Below, in pieces: positions 35,614-47,860 of a DNA stretch of 60,000 nucleotides. Under the pieces are notes generated by a model. The model was not told the DNA's origin, made no database searches, and saw only the letters and a program-made list of their open reading frames with translations. The position numbers were made by a program, and so were the translations under genes. Source of the DNA: Squalus acanthias (lineage: Eukaryota); contig CM059431.1 of NCBI GenBank assembly GCA_030390025.1, positions 141,920,001-141,980,000 on the forward strand, given 5' to 3'. Within the stretch, counting starts at the first letter, position 1, and each line of letters begins with the position of its first letter.

Positions 35614-35855
35614 CTGCAACTTTAGCAGCAAATCAATGCGAGGAATTCTGCGTAGAGCACACTTCATCACAGATAAAATCTTTTCTTCGGCCCCATACTT
35701 TCTCTTGATCACATCCTCTAGAATGCAAGCGTCAGCTTTCTCGATTTTCCCAGCCGGGATTCCATATTCTACCAATATTTGTTTGAACTTTTTCAGCTCA
35801 TCGGCTGTCAGTTCCTCTAGAATATCTCCAACTCGAAAGATGATCTCCTGACAAT
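35614..35855 (-). CDS. PYRIN (PYD, death-fold) domain exon
   Basis: Open frame QEIIFRVGDILEELTADELKKFKQILVEYGIPAGKIEKADACILEDVIKRKYGAEEKILSVMKCALRRIPRIDLLLKLQ fits the PYD pattern LE.L...ELKKFK..IP.G..E.AD..YG.E..I...DL..KL; pyrimidine tract with AG acceptors (exon start 35855 or 35847); CAG|GTAATT donor at 35613. Confidence 0.82.
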
Positions 35856-35929
35856 CTAATTAAATGAAAACAAAGGAGGTGTATTATACTGTAAGACTAT
35901 GTTTCTGGTATATGATACAATGGCGTTTA

Positions 35930-36190
35930 AGAACACAAGAAATAGTAACAGGAGTAGGCCATACATCCCCTCGAGCCTGCTCCGCCAATCAGTAAGATCA
36001 TGGCTGATCTTCTACGTTAACTTCACTTTACTTCCCTATCCCCATATCTCTTGATTAACTTGTTGTCGAAAATCTATCGATCTTGCTCTTGAATATACTC
36101 ATCGACTGAGCATCCACAGCCCTCTGGGGTTGAGAATTCCAAAGATTCACCACCCTTTGAGTGAAGAAATTCCTCCTCAACTCAGTCCTA
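35930..36190 (-). mobile_element. CR1 3' end fragment
   Basis: GGAGTAGGCCAT..CTCGAGCCTGCTCCGCCA..GATCATGGCTGAT, as in the CR1 tail at 9815-9880. Confidence 0.85.
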
Positions 36191-36704
36191 AGTATGCAAC
36201 TTATTTTCTGGAGACTATTAGGGTTTCTGAGGGTTATAACTTGTAATTAGCAGTTCAATATTTGTACTTCATCCAACAAAAATGTTTAGTTACAGCCCTA
36301 GGGCTCTCTTGCGTTGTGCGCTCCCAGTTATCAAGAAAATCTGCAATTCATTAAGAGAGACTGGGATGGATCAGAAACGGACTTTTCACCTCTGAGAATT
36401 GAGGTCAAGTCAAGTAGCAGTGAGAAGGGCTGAAGGGCTCCTCTCTCTGGTTGGACAATGGGCTGGGCAGAGAGTCATATACTGATCCTTTATCCTATCG
36501 TCCCCGGGTTAAAAAAACAACCCCAGAGAGAGGAGCTAAAGTATTCGTCTCTCTGATGGGGAATTAGTCGGCACTGGGACAACACTGACCTTTAACCGTT
36601 TGGGTCTTTTAGTCAAATCAACTCCACATACTGTGGATGAAGCCACTCCTTCTGTGGTCGGAAATAGATGGTCATTGTGTTAGATCATTTCGGTACTTTA
36701 ACAA

Positions 36705-36910
36705 ATGCTACGATAGTGTAGCGGTTAAAGCACTGGACTCGCAATCCAGATGTCTTGAGTTCATAATGCTACCAATGCAAGTTATGAAGCTGAATGTGAT
36801 AAACCTGGCACCAACAATGTAACCATCAAAGCTGTGGTAAAAACCATGGTTTCAAAATCGAATTAGCTCAATAATTCCTAAAGGGAAGGGACCCTGCTAC
36901 CATCACCCTA
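36705..36910 (+). mobile_element. Degenerate tRNA-derived SINE head
   Basis: GTGTAGCGGTTAAAGCACTGGACTCGCAATCCAG..GAGTTCA with no acceptor stem. Confidence 0.5.
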
Positions 36911-37072
36911 TGTGTCGGCAAGCGATGCCAGTCCCGGGATGAACAGCAACAGGAGTCTTGCCTGTGTTGCATCCCGAGACCAAAAGCTGTAACAATTCAA
37001 GAGTAAAGATACATGGTCCAACAGGTATGGACTGGGAGGTCACTAAGTTCGAACAGAGAGGAAATGCAAGCT

Positions 37073-37320
37073 TCAGCACACAACAGCAAAGTAAATGACC
37101 AGCTCATCTGTTTGAACAATGCTGGTTGAGGGATAATTATTAGCTAGGATGCCTGGAAAAACACTCCTTATTTCCTCTTCCAATGGTGCCGTGGGATCCT
37201 TTACGTCCACCTCAGAGGCTATACGGGATGTATGTTTAAAGTCTCCGCAAGGGCGGGGGGTATTGAACTTATGACATTCTGATTCAGCGGTGAGATTTGG
37301 TACCCACTCAGCCACAGCTG
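37073..37320 (-). mobile_element. Deu-domain SINE fragment
   Basis: Reverse-complement similarity to 33950-34200. Confidence 0.6.
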
Positions 37321-37329
37321 CAACCTACT

Positions 37330-38325
37330 AGCTCCCTTGCTTGTTGTGGTATATATCAATGATTTTGAATTCAATGTAGGGGGCTTGATTAACAAGTTTG
37401 CAAAAGATACAAAAAATGTCCGTGTGGTTGGTTATGAAGCAGAAAGCAGCAGAATGTAGGAAGATATCAATGGACCGGACAGGTGGGCAGACAAGTGGCA
37501 AATGGAATTCAATCTGGAGAAGTGTGAGGTAATGCATTTGGGGAGGAATAGCAAAGCAAGGGAATACACAATAAATGGTAGGATACCGAGAAGTGTAGAG
37601 GAACGGAGGGACCTTGGAGTGCATGTCCACAGATCCCTGAATGTAGCAGGACAGGTAGATAAGGTGGTTAAGAAGGCATACGGGATACTTTCCTTTATTA
37701 GTCGAGGGATAGAATATAAGAGCGGTATAAACTGTATAAAAGCTAGTTAGGCCACAGCTAGAATACTGCGTGCAGTTCTGGACACCACATTACAGGAAAG
37801 ATGCAACTGTACCAGAGAGGTTTTCAGAGAAGATTTACGAGGATGTTGCCAGGACTGGAAAATTTTAAATATGATGAAAGATTGGATTGGAGGAGGCTGA
37901 GGGGAGACTCAATTAATGTGCATATAATTATGAGGGGCCTAGATAGATTGGATAGGAAGGGCCTAGATAGAGTGGATAGGAAGGGCCTAGATAGAGTAGA
38001 TAATAAGGACCTACTTCCTTTGCAGAGAAGTCAATAACCAGGGGACGTAGATTTAAAGTAATCGGTAAAAGGATCAGAGGAGAGTTGAGGAGACATTTTT
38101 TCACCCAGAGGGTGGTGGGGTCTGGATCTCACTGCCTGAAAGGGTGGTAGAGGCGGGAACTCTCATCGCATTTAAAATGTACTTGAATATGCACTTGAAG
38201 ATCCGTAACCTACAAGGCTATGGACCAAGAGCTGGAAAGTGGGATTAGGCAGGATAGTTCGTTTTCGGCCGGCACAGACACGATGGGCCGAATGGCCTCC
38301 GTCTGTACCGTAACGTTATATGATT
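37330..38325 (+). mobile_element. CR1 3' fragment with an internal 24-bp triplication (~37936-38007)
   Basis: MEFNLEKCEVMH, DLGVHVH, GLDRLDRK-GLDRVDRK-GLDRVDNK. Confidence 0.9.
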
Positions 38326-38529
38326 GGAAGACTAGGCCACAATAAAATAAAGGCTCACTGTTAAGCAAGGTCTGTTTGCAATCTGTGCTGTTTAAATTGG
38401 AAAGAATTTCCTATTGTCTTAGGACCGAATTATTTTTTAGTAAGGTGTACAAGGTGCAACGATCCGATAAAGTGCCTTCCGGCTCCTGTGTTCTAAATGA
38501 ATCAGGCTGCGATACTTAATGATCTCCTT

Positions 38530-39275
38530 TGTGTGTGTGTGAGTGTGTGAGTGAGTGAGTGAGTGAGAGACAGAGAGACAGCGAAAGAGAATGCGTATGT
38601 ATCAGTGAGTGACTCTGTGTATGTGTGTGTGCTTGTGTGTGTGAGAGAGAGAGAGATAACGCGTGTGTATTTGTGAGTTACTCTGAGTGTGTGTGAGAGA
38701 GAGAGAGAGATAACGCGTGTGTATTTGTGAGTTACTCTGAGTGTGTGTGAGAGTTAGGCACACACACACACAGACAGAGACAAAGGATGCATATGTACCT
38801 CACTGAGTAACTTGAGTGAGTGTGTGTGTGTAAGAGAGAGAGAAAATTACACAAAGAGACAGAATGCGTGTATATATCAGTAAGTGAATGATTGTATGTG
38901 TGAGAGACAGAGATATTGGAAGCGAGTGACTGTCAGTCATTGTGTCTGTGCGAGAGACGTAGAGAAAGTCAATGGGACAAAAATTCATCCCGCTGCGCGA
39001 GAGTACGCACTGCCTTACCCCCGCGGGAACAGATCGAGATCAATTTCTGGGCCAATGTGTGTGTATATCAGAGTGACTGTTATGTATATCTGTGTATGTG
39101 ATGCGGAGATGCCGGCGTTGGACTGGGGTGGACAAAAATGAGAAGTCGCACTACACTATAACCTGGTGTTGTGCGACTTCTTATATCTGTGCAAGTAAGA
39201 GAGACAGAGAGACTGACAGAGAGAGAAAGAGAAAGGAAGCTTCTGTATATCAGTGAGTGATTCTGAGTGAGCATG
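38530..39275. repeat. Compound (GT)n/(GA)n low-complexity tract
   Basis: Dinucleotide runs with a ~55-bp internal duplication. Confidence 0.85.
39100..39181. mobile_element. Internally deleted copy of the palindromic mini element
   Basis: Same GATGCGGAGATGCCGGCGTTGGACTGGGGTGGAC tail and inverted GAAGTCGCAC/GTGCGACTTC ends; imperfect 15-bp TSD at 39085-39099 and 39182-39196. Confidence 0.85.
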
Positions 39276-40693
39276 TGTCCGTTTGTCTGTGGAAGAGAAG
39301 CAGCAGGATGTTGAAATCTAACCTTTAACCATCGACATCTTCTGCACTCCTATACAGAATGGTATTTAACAAGTTAAATTGACAAAGACCCTAGTCCCTT
39401 ATCAGAGGTTGCTTCAGACACAGCAAGTGCTACCTACGTGTGAAGTGCAAAAACAACTTATGCATATCGAGCCAAAGTTGGAGGAAGTGACTTGCCCACA
39501 AAGGGAAACCTTTGCTTCTGTGTCTGCTAGTTGCAGCATTTTGCTTTTACTTTGTATTAGCTCGTGCACACAGATGTTGAGACCCCTTCAGTTTTATTTC
39601 ACTAGAACGTTTATTCAAACCCGCTGTGTTTTGATTAAAATGGCACTGAGGTGCAAATCGCCCGAACCTCCACTTGAGGATTATGGGGTCCTGAGCAGTT
39701 TTGAAATTTTAGTTTTGATTGATTCTCCGCGTTAGGTTTCATTTTTCAACTTTGCTCGCCGTCTAATTTCTACCGAGAACCGGTGTCCGTGGATGGAGAA
39801 ATGTGACCTACTTTTAACGCCATTCCGCAGGTTGCAAACCGCAGTCAGCAGAGGCTCGCGATGCAACAGTTTCTCACGCTTGCTGACGAATTACAACCGC
39901 CAAATTGGAAAAATAAGTGTTTGGAAATGTGTGTTACTTCACTTGTATTTGTATTTAAAAACATCCATATATATCCCCGCTATTTCTTAACAATGATATT
40001 ATTTATAACGGTCGCTTTGTAATATTAAAGCACCTGGGCACGCTATACTTTCAAATTAAAGATTCTTCCTCTCACTGATATTTTGAAACCACAAAATAAA
40101 ACTTGGTCCACAATTTACATCTGTTAAGTAAAATTAAAGATATTTATTAATCGATACACGGAAGGTTAGCACATCGTTTGAAGAATATGTGTCGATAACC
40201 ACAAGTCACAGACTTAAGATAATTGGCAAAAAAAGGGGAGGGGGATGTAGAGATTGTTTTTATACAGCGAGTTGTTGTGATCTGGAATGCACTGCCTGAA
40301 TGGACGGAGGAATCAGATTCAATATTAACTTTCAAACGGGAATTGGATATATATACGCATTGAAAATATTACTGGGCAGGGGAGTGGGACTATTTGCGGT
40401 GCTCTATGAAAAAGATGCACAGGCACGATGGGCCGAATGATCTCCTGTGCTGTAAGAATCTGCGACAGTATTCTATGATTCTAATTCACATAAACCGCCA
40501 CAGATTTTTATGAAGTGTTCTGCAATTAATGCAGGCATATATTAACTTTTATATAACATTAGGCTCCGAGTCCAAATAACTAAGGCGCCCGTTTGACCTT
40601 CACATCTCTTTCGCCTCTCCATCACTTTCATGCTCTCCTTCCCTTCCCGACGACATTTTTCACGCCCACACTCAGACATTCTCAGTAACTCAC

Positions 40694-40865
40694 CCAATTC
40701 GACGATTGAAAAGACTGAAGCAACCCTCGATCCCGTCCGAGCGGCTCCCGTCCCCAGTCAAGACTCTGGCGCTGGGGGATTGGTCCGGTCACTGTGCCTT
40801 GCTCCCCGTTCCCCAGGCTCTGAGTGGAGCCCTCCAGGAAGTGTCACCGCGCATGTGCGCCTGGA
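40694..40865 (-). promoter_or_regulatory. Candidate CpG-rich promoter and non-coding first exon
   Basis: NRF1-like CGCGCATGTGCG (~40848), ETS CAGGAAGTG (~40835), CCAAT (~40779), consensus donor TGG|GTGAGT at 40693 on the minus strand. Confidence 0.5.
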
Positions 40866-41029
40866 TCTCGCTATCCTACTCAAATGTTACTCAAATATGA
40901 AGTTTGAGTGCAGTATCATCCGACTCCTAGTGTTTCCTTTACATTTCCGAATTGCTGATTCATTTCGTTTTGATGCGAGATGAGTTTTCAAAGCTTTGAT
41001 TTACAACCCCACCCCCTCTGATTTGAATC

Positions 41030-41630
41030 GTAGAATCATACAGCACAGAGGCGGCCATTCGGCCCATCGTGTCTGTGTCCTGCTCTTTGAAAGAGCTCTC
41101 CAACTAGTCCCACTCGCCAGCTTGTTCCCCATCGCACTGCAATTTCAATTATATATCCAATTCCCTGTTGAAATTTAATAAGGAATCTGCTTGCAACATC
41201 CTTTCATGTAATGTCTTCCAAAACATATTCTCTGGTTGCCGACCCTCCTGCCAGTTGAAACAATTTCTCATTTACTGTATGAAAACCCCTCAGAATTTTT
41301 AACAACTCAATTAAATCTCCCCAAAACCTTCTCTTCTCTAAGGAGAATAATCCCAGCTTCTGTAGCGTCTTCACATAAGTGAAGTCCCTCATCCCTATTA
41401 CCATTCTAATAAATCTCCTCCTAACACTTTCCAAGGCCTTGACATCCTTCCTGAATCGTGGTGCCAGAACTGAGGCCTAACCGGTGATTTATTCAGGTTT
41501 AGCATAAATTATTTGCTTTTGTATTATATGCCTCTAATATTATCATCTTATCATGTCACTTTCAAAGATGTGTGTATGTGAAATCCCAGGTCTCTCTTTT
41601 CCTGCTCTCCCATTAAAATAGAGCCATTTT
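41030..41630 (-). mobile_element. CR1 3' fragment
   Basis: ESVRRRFIRM, LGLFSLEKRR. Confidence 0.85.
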
Positions 41631-42229
41631 ATTGTTATGTTCTGGAATGCACTGCATGAAATGGTGCCGTCCGATTTCACGGGTGCACCATCCTCAGGAG
41701 CCACCCTCAGTAGGATACTCTCCCTGGGTGACCATATAGAGTGGGTATTGATTCCTATTAATTGATGGGACCAATCACAGCTGAACAGACCCTGTCATTA
41801 TCCTGAACCCAAACAGGTTCACTGCCCAGCTACGTCACTGTGCACAGAAACTTAGCAGGAAAACTGGGTAATGTTACTTCCAAACCCAGGAATACTGAGT
41901 GTAATTGTCAGGGTCCCACTGCAGCCGAGACTGAGCCCGAGCCTGGGCTCTTCCTGTCTGGGCATTTCCCCCGTGCCCAATTGGGGGACATTCAGCCCCG
42001 GTTATCCTGCAGAAGCAGCGCTGTGGAGCCGGGTGGATGAGTCTCGTGACCCTGTTGCTAGGTCTCTGACGTCACACTGGGATTTTACCCGGAATGCACC
42101 GGAACAGCCTCGTCGATGACGTCACAACAGTTATTGTCTTGCTGATAATGTGTGCTGACACGTCACACATTAGACCCGTCCATCCAATTTCTCCAGCCCT
42201 CCTCTTTTACCGTGACATTGGCAGCATCC

Positions 42230-42910
42230 TCCTATTTAGTGAAATCAGATGAAAATTCTTATTTATAACTCAACCATGCCGCCTACCTCGTAAGAAGTTT
42301 GGCCTTCCTTTGACGGTCATTTAAATCTTCATATGTATTTAACAGACTTTTGTGTTCTTTTTTATGTTACCCACTAATCTGTTCACCTTTTATTTTCCTG
42401 TAAAGTTTCCCTCTAAACTTTCTGTATTCTGCTTGAATCTCTCTGGTATCAAGAGCCTCATATTTATCCAATGCCTCATTTTATTCTTAATTTCTTCAGT
42501 CATCCAGGAAGCTCCAGCATTGGATGTCCTTCTTTCCGCCCTTCGTCTGAGCCTGAACTATCTCCTCCTTGTATTCCACCCATTGCCCATTACTGTATTA
42601 CGTAATAATCCTTGTTTCCAATCCACCTGGGCATGATCCACTTTCAACTCACTGAAATTAGCCCTCTTCCAGCTGAGTGTCTTCAACTTTGATTGTTGTT
42701 TTTTGCAATCCATGGCTAATCTAAGCCTAATGATATTGTGATAATTCTTTCCAAGAAGTGCTCCCGAAGAAACATTCTGCACTTGCCGCATTTGATTCCC
42801 CAGAACTTGATCCAGCCCTGTTTCCTTCCCTGTTGGGCTGGAATCATACTGATTATGACCTGTAGTCATTTTGGGAATTTCTCCCTCTCTTTGCCCTTTA
42901 CAAGGATTTT
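42230..42910 (-). mobile_element. Old CR1 ORF2 internal fragment
   Basis: LDQVLGN, YHNIIR, WKRANF, VDW motifs. Confidence 0.7.
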
Positions 42911-43044
42911 GTCTCAATCAGATCTGAGAATCACAGGGACAAAGAAGGGAAGATGTGCAATGATATGTCTGCCTCCGTAGTAATTTGAACCAAAGAATTG
43001 CGATTCCTATATAATTGCTCAACAGGAACCAAATATATACACAC

Positions 43045-46000
43045 AGATTGTCACATGATATCACACTCCAGCTCTAACACTCCAGCTGCCATATTCTGGA
43101 TGTCACAATCCAGATTTCACATTCCTTAGGGCACGCTGCAGCTGTCACAACCCAGTTGTTATACTCCAGATGTCACATGCGTGATTTTAATCTCCAGATG
43201 TCATTCGCAACATGTCACGTTCCAGAAGATACATACCTGGTGTCACACTCCAGATGTCACACTCCATCTGTCAGAGCCCTGATGTCATATTCCAGATGTG
43301 GGAATACTGATGCCACGTTCCAGCCGGTACACTCAAGATGTCACATTATAGATCTCACAATGCTGATGTCATAATGCTGATGTCACACAGCAGATCTCAC
43401 ACTCCAGCTCTCACACACCAGATGCGACACGCCTGATGTCATACCTCAGATCTCACACACCAGATGCCACACTCAAGATGTCACAATCCAGATGTCACAC
43501 TCCTTATGGTACACTGCAGTTGTCACTCCCCAGATGTCACTCCAGATGGAACACTACTGATGTCAAAGCACTGATGTAGCCCTCTAGATATCAAACTCCA
43601 GATTTCACCATCATGATGTCACAATGCAGATGTCACACTCCTTATGGTACACTGCAGTTGTCACACTCCAGATGTCACACTCCAGATGGAAAACTGCTGA
43701 TGTCACAGCACTGATGTAGCCCTCTACATATCAAACTCAAGGTTTCACTCTCATCTCGCACTGCAGATGTCATATGCCAGATGTGATTCTGCAGATGTCA
43801 CACTCCAGATGTCACACTGCTGATATCACACGACTGATGTCACTCTCCAGATGTAGCACTCATAAGGTCATACTGCTTATCTCGCAATCCAAATGTCACA
43901 TTCCAGATAGCAAACTCCTGATGTCACACTCCTGATGTCACACTCCTGAGGTCGTACTCCTGATGTCGTACTCCTGATGTCAGACACAACAGGTCACATT
44001 CCAGAAGGTACATACCTGCTGTCACACTACAGTCAGACTCCAGATGTGACAATACAGATGTCACGTTCCAGGTGGTGCACACAAGATGTCACATTCCAGA
44101 TCTCACACTGCTGATGTCACACAGTAGATCTCACACTCCAGCTCTCACACTCCTGATGACACACTTCAGATGTCACACAGCTGAAGTTACATTCCAGATA
44201 TGAGACTGGAGCTGTCAGATCCCCGATGTCACACCCCAGATAAAGAATACAGATGTCACCTTCCAGCCGGTACACTCAAGGTATCACATTGCAGGTCTCA
44301 CACGACTGATGTCACACAGCAGATTTCACAATCTAGCTCTCACACTCCTGATGACAAGCTCCAGATTTCACACTGCTGAAGCCACACTCCATTTCTCTAA
44401 CACCAGATACCACGCTCTAGATGTCAACCTCCAGATGTCACACAACTGATGTCACACTCCAGATGTCACACTTCTTATCTCACACTCCAGCTCTCACACA
44501 GCTGATGACACACTCCAGATGTCACACACCAGATGCCAAACTCTAGATGTCACTATACAGTTGTCAAACACCTTATGGCACATTGCAGATGTCACACTGC
44601 TGATGTCACACTGCTGATGTCACACTCATAATGTCACACTCATTAATGTCACACTCAATGTCACATTCATAATGTCACACTCATAATGTCACACTCATGA
44701 TGTAGCCCTATAGATGTCACACTCCAGGTATCAAACTCAAGATTTCACACTCATGTCACACTGCAGATGTCACACGCCAGATGTTATACTCCAGATGCCA
44801 CACTCCACATGTCACACTGCTGATATCACAAGACTAATGTTACTCTCCAGATGTCGCACTCATAAGGTCATGCTTCTTATCTCGCAATCCAAATGTCACA
44901 CTCCTGATGTCAGACGCAACATGTCACGTTCCAGAAGTTACATATCAGATGTCACACTACAGATGTCACACTGCTGATGTCATACTACTGATGTCACTCT
45001 CCAGATGTCACACTCATAATGTCATACTTCGTATCTTGCAATCCAGATGTCACACTCCAGATATTAAACTTCAACTTTCACACTCATGATGTCAAACTCC
45101 TGATGTCACACTCCTGATGTCGTACTCCTGATATTACACGCCAGATGTCATACGCAACATGTCACCTTCGAGAAAGTACATGCCTGCTGTCACACTACAG
45201 ATGTCACACTCCAGATGTGAAAATACAGATGTCACGTTCCAGATGGTACACACAAGATGTCACATTCCAGATCTCACACTGCTGATGTCACACATTAGAT
45301 CGCACACTCCAGCTCTCACACTCCTGATGACACGCTCCAGATGTCACACAGCTTAGTTGCACTCCAGATTTCAAACTTCAGCTGTCACATCCCAGATGTC
45401 ACACTCCAGATGTGAGAAGACAGATGTCACGTTCCAGCCAGTACACACAAGATGTCTCTTTCCAGGTTTCACACTGCAGATGCCACACAGCAGATGTCAC
45501 ACTCCAGCTCTCACACTCTAGCTCACACACTCCTGTTGACTAACTCCAGATGTCACACTGCTGAAGTCAAAATCCAGATTTCACACTTCAGTTGTCAGAC
45601 CCCTGATGTCACACTCCAGATGTCACAATGCTGATGTCACACTCCAGATCTCTCACACCATTTGCCAAACTCTGGATTTCACAATACAGTTGTCACACAA
45701 CAGAGGTCAGACTCCAGATTTCATACTCCAGCTGTCACACTGCTGATGTCACACTACTGATGTCACACTGCTGATGTCACACTACTGATGTCATACTACT
45801 GATGTCACACTTCTTATCTCGCAATCGAGATGTCACACTCTAGATGTCACACTCATAATGACACACTTCTTATCACAAACTCCAGGTCTCACACTCCTGA
45901 TGACACACTCCAGATGTCACAATGCTGAAGTCACACGCCAGATTTTACACTCCAGCTGTCAGACCACTGATGACATACTCCAGATGTGAGAATACAAATG

Positions 46001-46470
46001 TCAATTTCCTGATGGTACACTCAGGATGTCACATTCCAGATCTCACACTATTGATACCACACAGCAGAGCTCACACTCCAGGTCTCACATCCTGATGAAA
46101 CATTTCGCAATTATGAAGGCACACTCCAGATCTTAAACTACAACTGTCAGACCCCTGGTGGCACGCTCCAGATGTCACACTCCTGATAATACTCTCCAGA
46201 TGTCATACTCAAAATTTCAGGTTCAAGAACGTACATACCTGGTATCACACTACATTTGTCACACTCCAGATGTTACAACACAGATGTCACATACCAGATC
46301 CCATACTGCTGATGTCACACAGCAGATATCACACTCCAGCTCTCAACCTCCTGGTGACATACTTCAATTGTCATTCAGCTGACGTCACACTCCAGATAGA
46401 ACAATCCTGTTATCAGACACTTGATTTCGCATTATAGGTGCCTCACTGCTGATGTCACACTCCAGATACC
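43045..46470. repeat. 14-bp minisatellite, consensus CAGATGTCACACTC, ~3.4 kb
   Basis: Directly visible; frame-cycling ORFs (MSHSRCHTPDVTLQ) fit a 14-nt period. Confidence 0.97.
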
Positions 46471-46483
46471 GTCACAGAATCAA

Positions 46484-46702
46484 AGCAGGAGTAGGATCAT
46501 CACAAACCACTACAGGAGTAGAATCATCACAAACCACTACAGGAGTAGAATCATCACAGTCCACTACAGGAGTAGAATCATCACAGACCACTACAGGAGT
46601 AGAATCATCACCGACCACTACAGGAGTAGAATCATCACAGACCACGAGAGGAGTAGAATCATCACAGACCACTACAGGAGGAGAATCATCACAAACAATT
46701 AC
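46484..46702. repeat. 27-bp tandem repeat ACAGGAGTAGAATCATCACAGACCACT, ~8 copies
   Basis: Homogeneous units. Confidence 0.95.
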
Positions 46703-46888
46703 ACGCAAGAAGCTCGACGCTATCCAGGACAAAGCAATCCACTTGATCGGGAGCCCATCCATCATCTACACATCCTCCTCTTCCACCTTTGGCGCTTCTT
46801 GCCTGCAGTGTGTACTGTGGAATGACAGCGTTCTGATTGCGTGAAATATCTGGTTGAGGAAGATTCAGCATAATCTTTGAGCACTCAC

Positions 46889-47030
46889 CTGAAGGTGCGT
46901 AATTCATTTCGATTGGCTCACTCTGTAGTAGGACCTGTTGATGAGGAGCTCTGTCTTTGGGACTGTTTGATGATTTAAAAGTATCAAATGGTATCCATTT
47001 CTTCTCCTGACCGTCAGGTGCATCGTTACA
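46889..47030 (-). CDS. Candidate internal coding exon, phase 0 to 1 (CNDAPDGQEKKWIPFDTFKSSNSPKDRAPHQQVLLQSEPIEMNYAPS)
   Basis: Strong acceptor CCTTATCTTTGCAG| and donor CAG|GTGAGT; 142 nt, open frame. Confidence 0.6.
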
Positions 47031-47259
47031 CTGCAAAGATAAGGACATCAGCGAATCTCAGTACTGTACCACTGGAATTGCACATGTGATCACAAGGACT
47101 TGTGAAGGGTCTCGAGTCAATATTGAGACTCCCAGACTGTAATCCATCATTCATGTTCCTCTGGTATGTCTACCCTGCCGGTGGAATGGAGTTTAGGATG
47201 TTGGCTCTCTGAGTAGGATTATGTCAGTCCGTCTCGTCTGAGGCCTTTCCAACTACTAG

Positions 47260-47570
47260 CAGCAGCAACTTTAATTTATATCGCGCCTTAAACGCAGTAA
47301 AAACGTCCCAATAGGGTTCACAGAGGGGAAATGACACCGAGAGAAAGAAGCAGCCATTAGAAACACTAATCAATCAATCATTGGGTTTTAAGGAGAGCCT
47401 TAAAAGAGAAGAGACAGAGAGAGGTGGGGAGGCTTAGCGTGGGGCGGGGGGGATTTCAGAGCTTAGGGCCTTGGCAGTGAAGGCACGCACGCCAATGGTG
47501 GGGAAAAGGGAGTGGGGATGCACAAGAGGCCAGAATTGGAGGAACGGAGAGTTTAGCTGGATACAGGGCT
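47260..47570 (-). mobile_element. Old L2-like LINE 3' fragment
   Basis: ATTTATATCGCGCC tail and TTCAGAGCTTAGGGCC motif; related piece at ~29275-29360. Confidence 0.5.
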
Positions 47571-47721
47571 GGAACCCCCAGATGTTGACGAGGAGGCCTT
47601 TGGAGCTTCAGCACGACTGAGATTGTCGGACACTCAGTCCTGAAGAGGTGCCTGGGTCTTTGGCGATGGGCCCGTCCATTTTGACATTTCTTATTGAATT
47701 CAATATGACAACTAGTCATAA

Positions 47722-47860
47722 TACAAAAGCAAAATACTACGGATGCTGGAAATCTGAAATAAAAACAGAAAATGCTGGAAATACTCAGCAGGCCAGGCAG
47801 CACATGTGGAGAGAGAAACAGAGTTAATGGTTCAGATCGATGACTTTCCGTCAGAACTGG
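47722..47860 (-). mobile_element. Short Penelope pLTR end
   Basis: Matches 2093-2231; hammerhead motif degraded. Confidence 0.88.

Noticed and set aside
36705..36775. Second tRNA gene
   Set aside because: Anticodon-like hairpin present but no acceptor stem or proper T arm; fits a SINE head
43156..46382. His/Cys/Ser-rich ORFs resembling zinc-finger or metal-binding proteins
   Set aside because: They are translations of the 14-bp repeat cycling through frames
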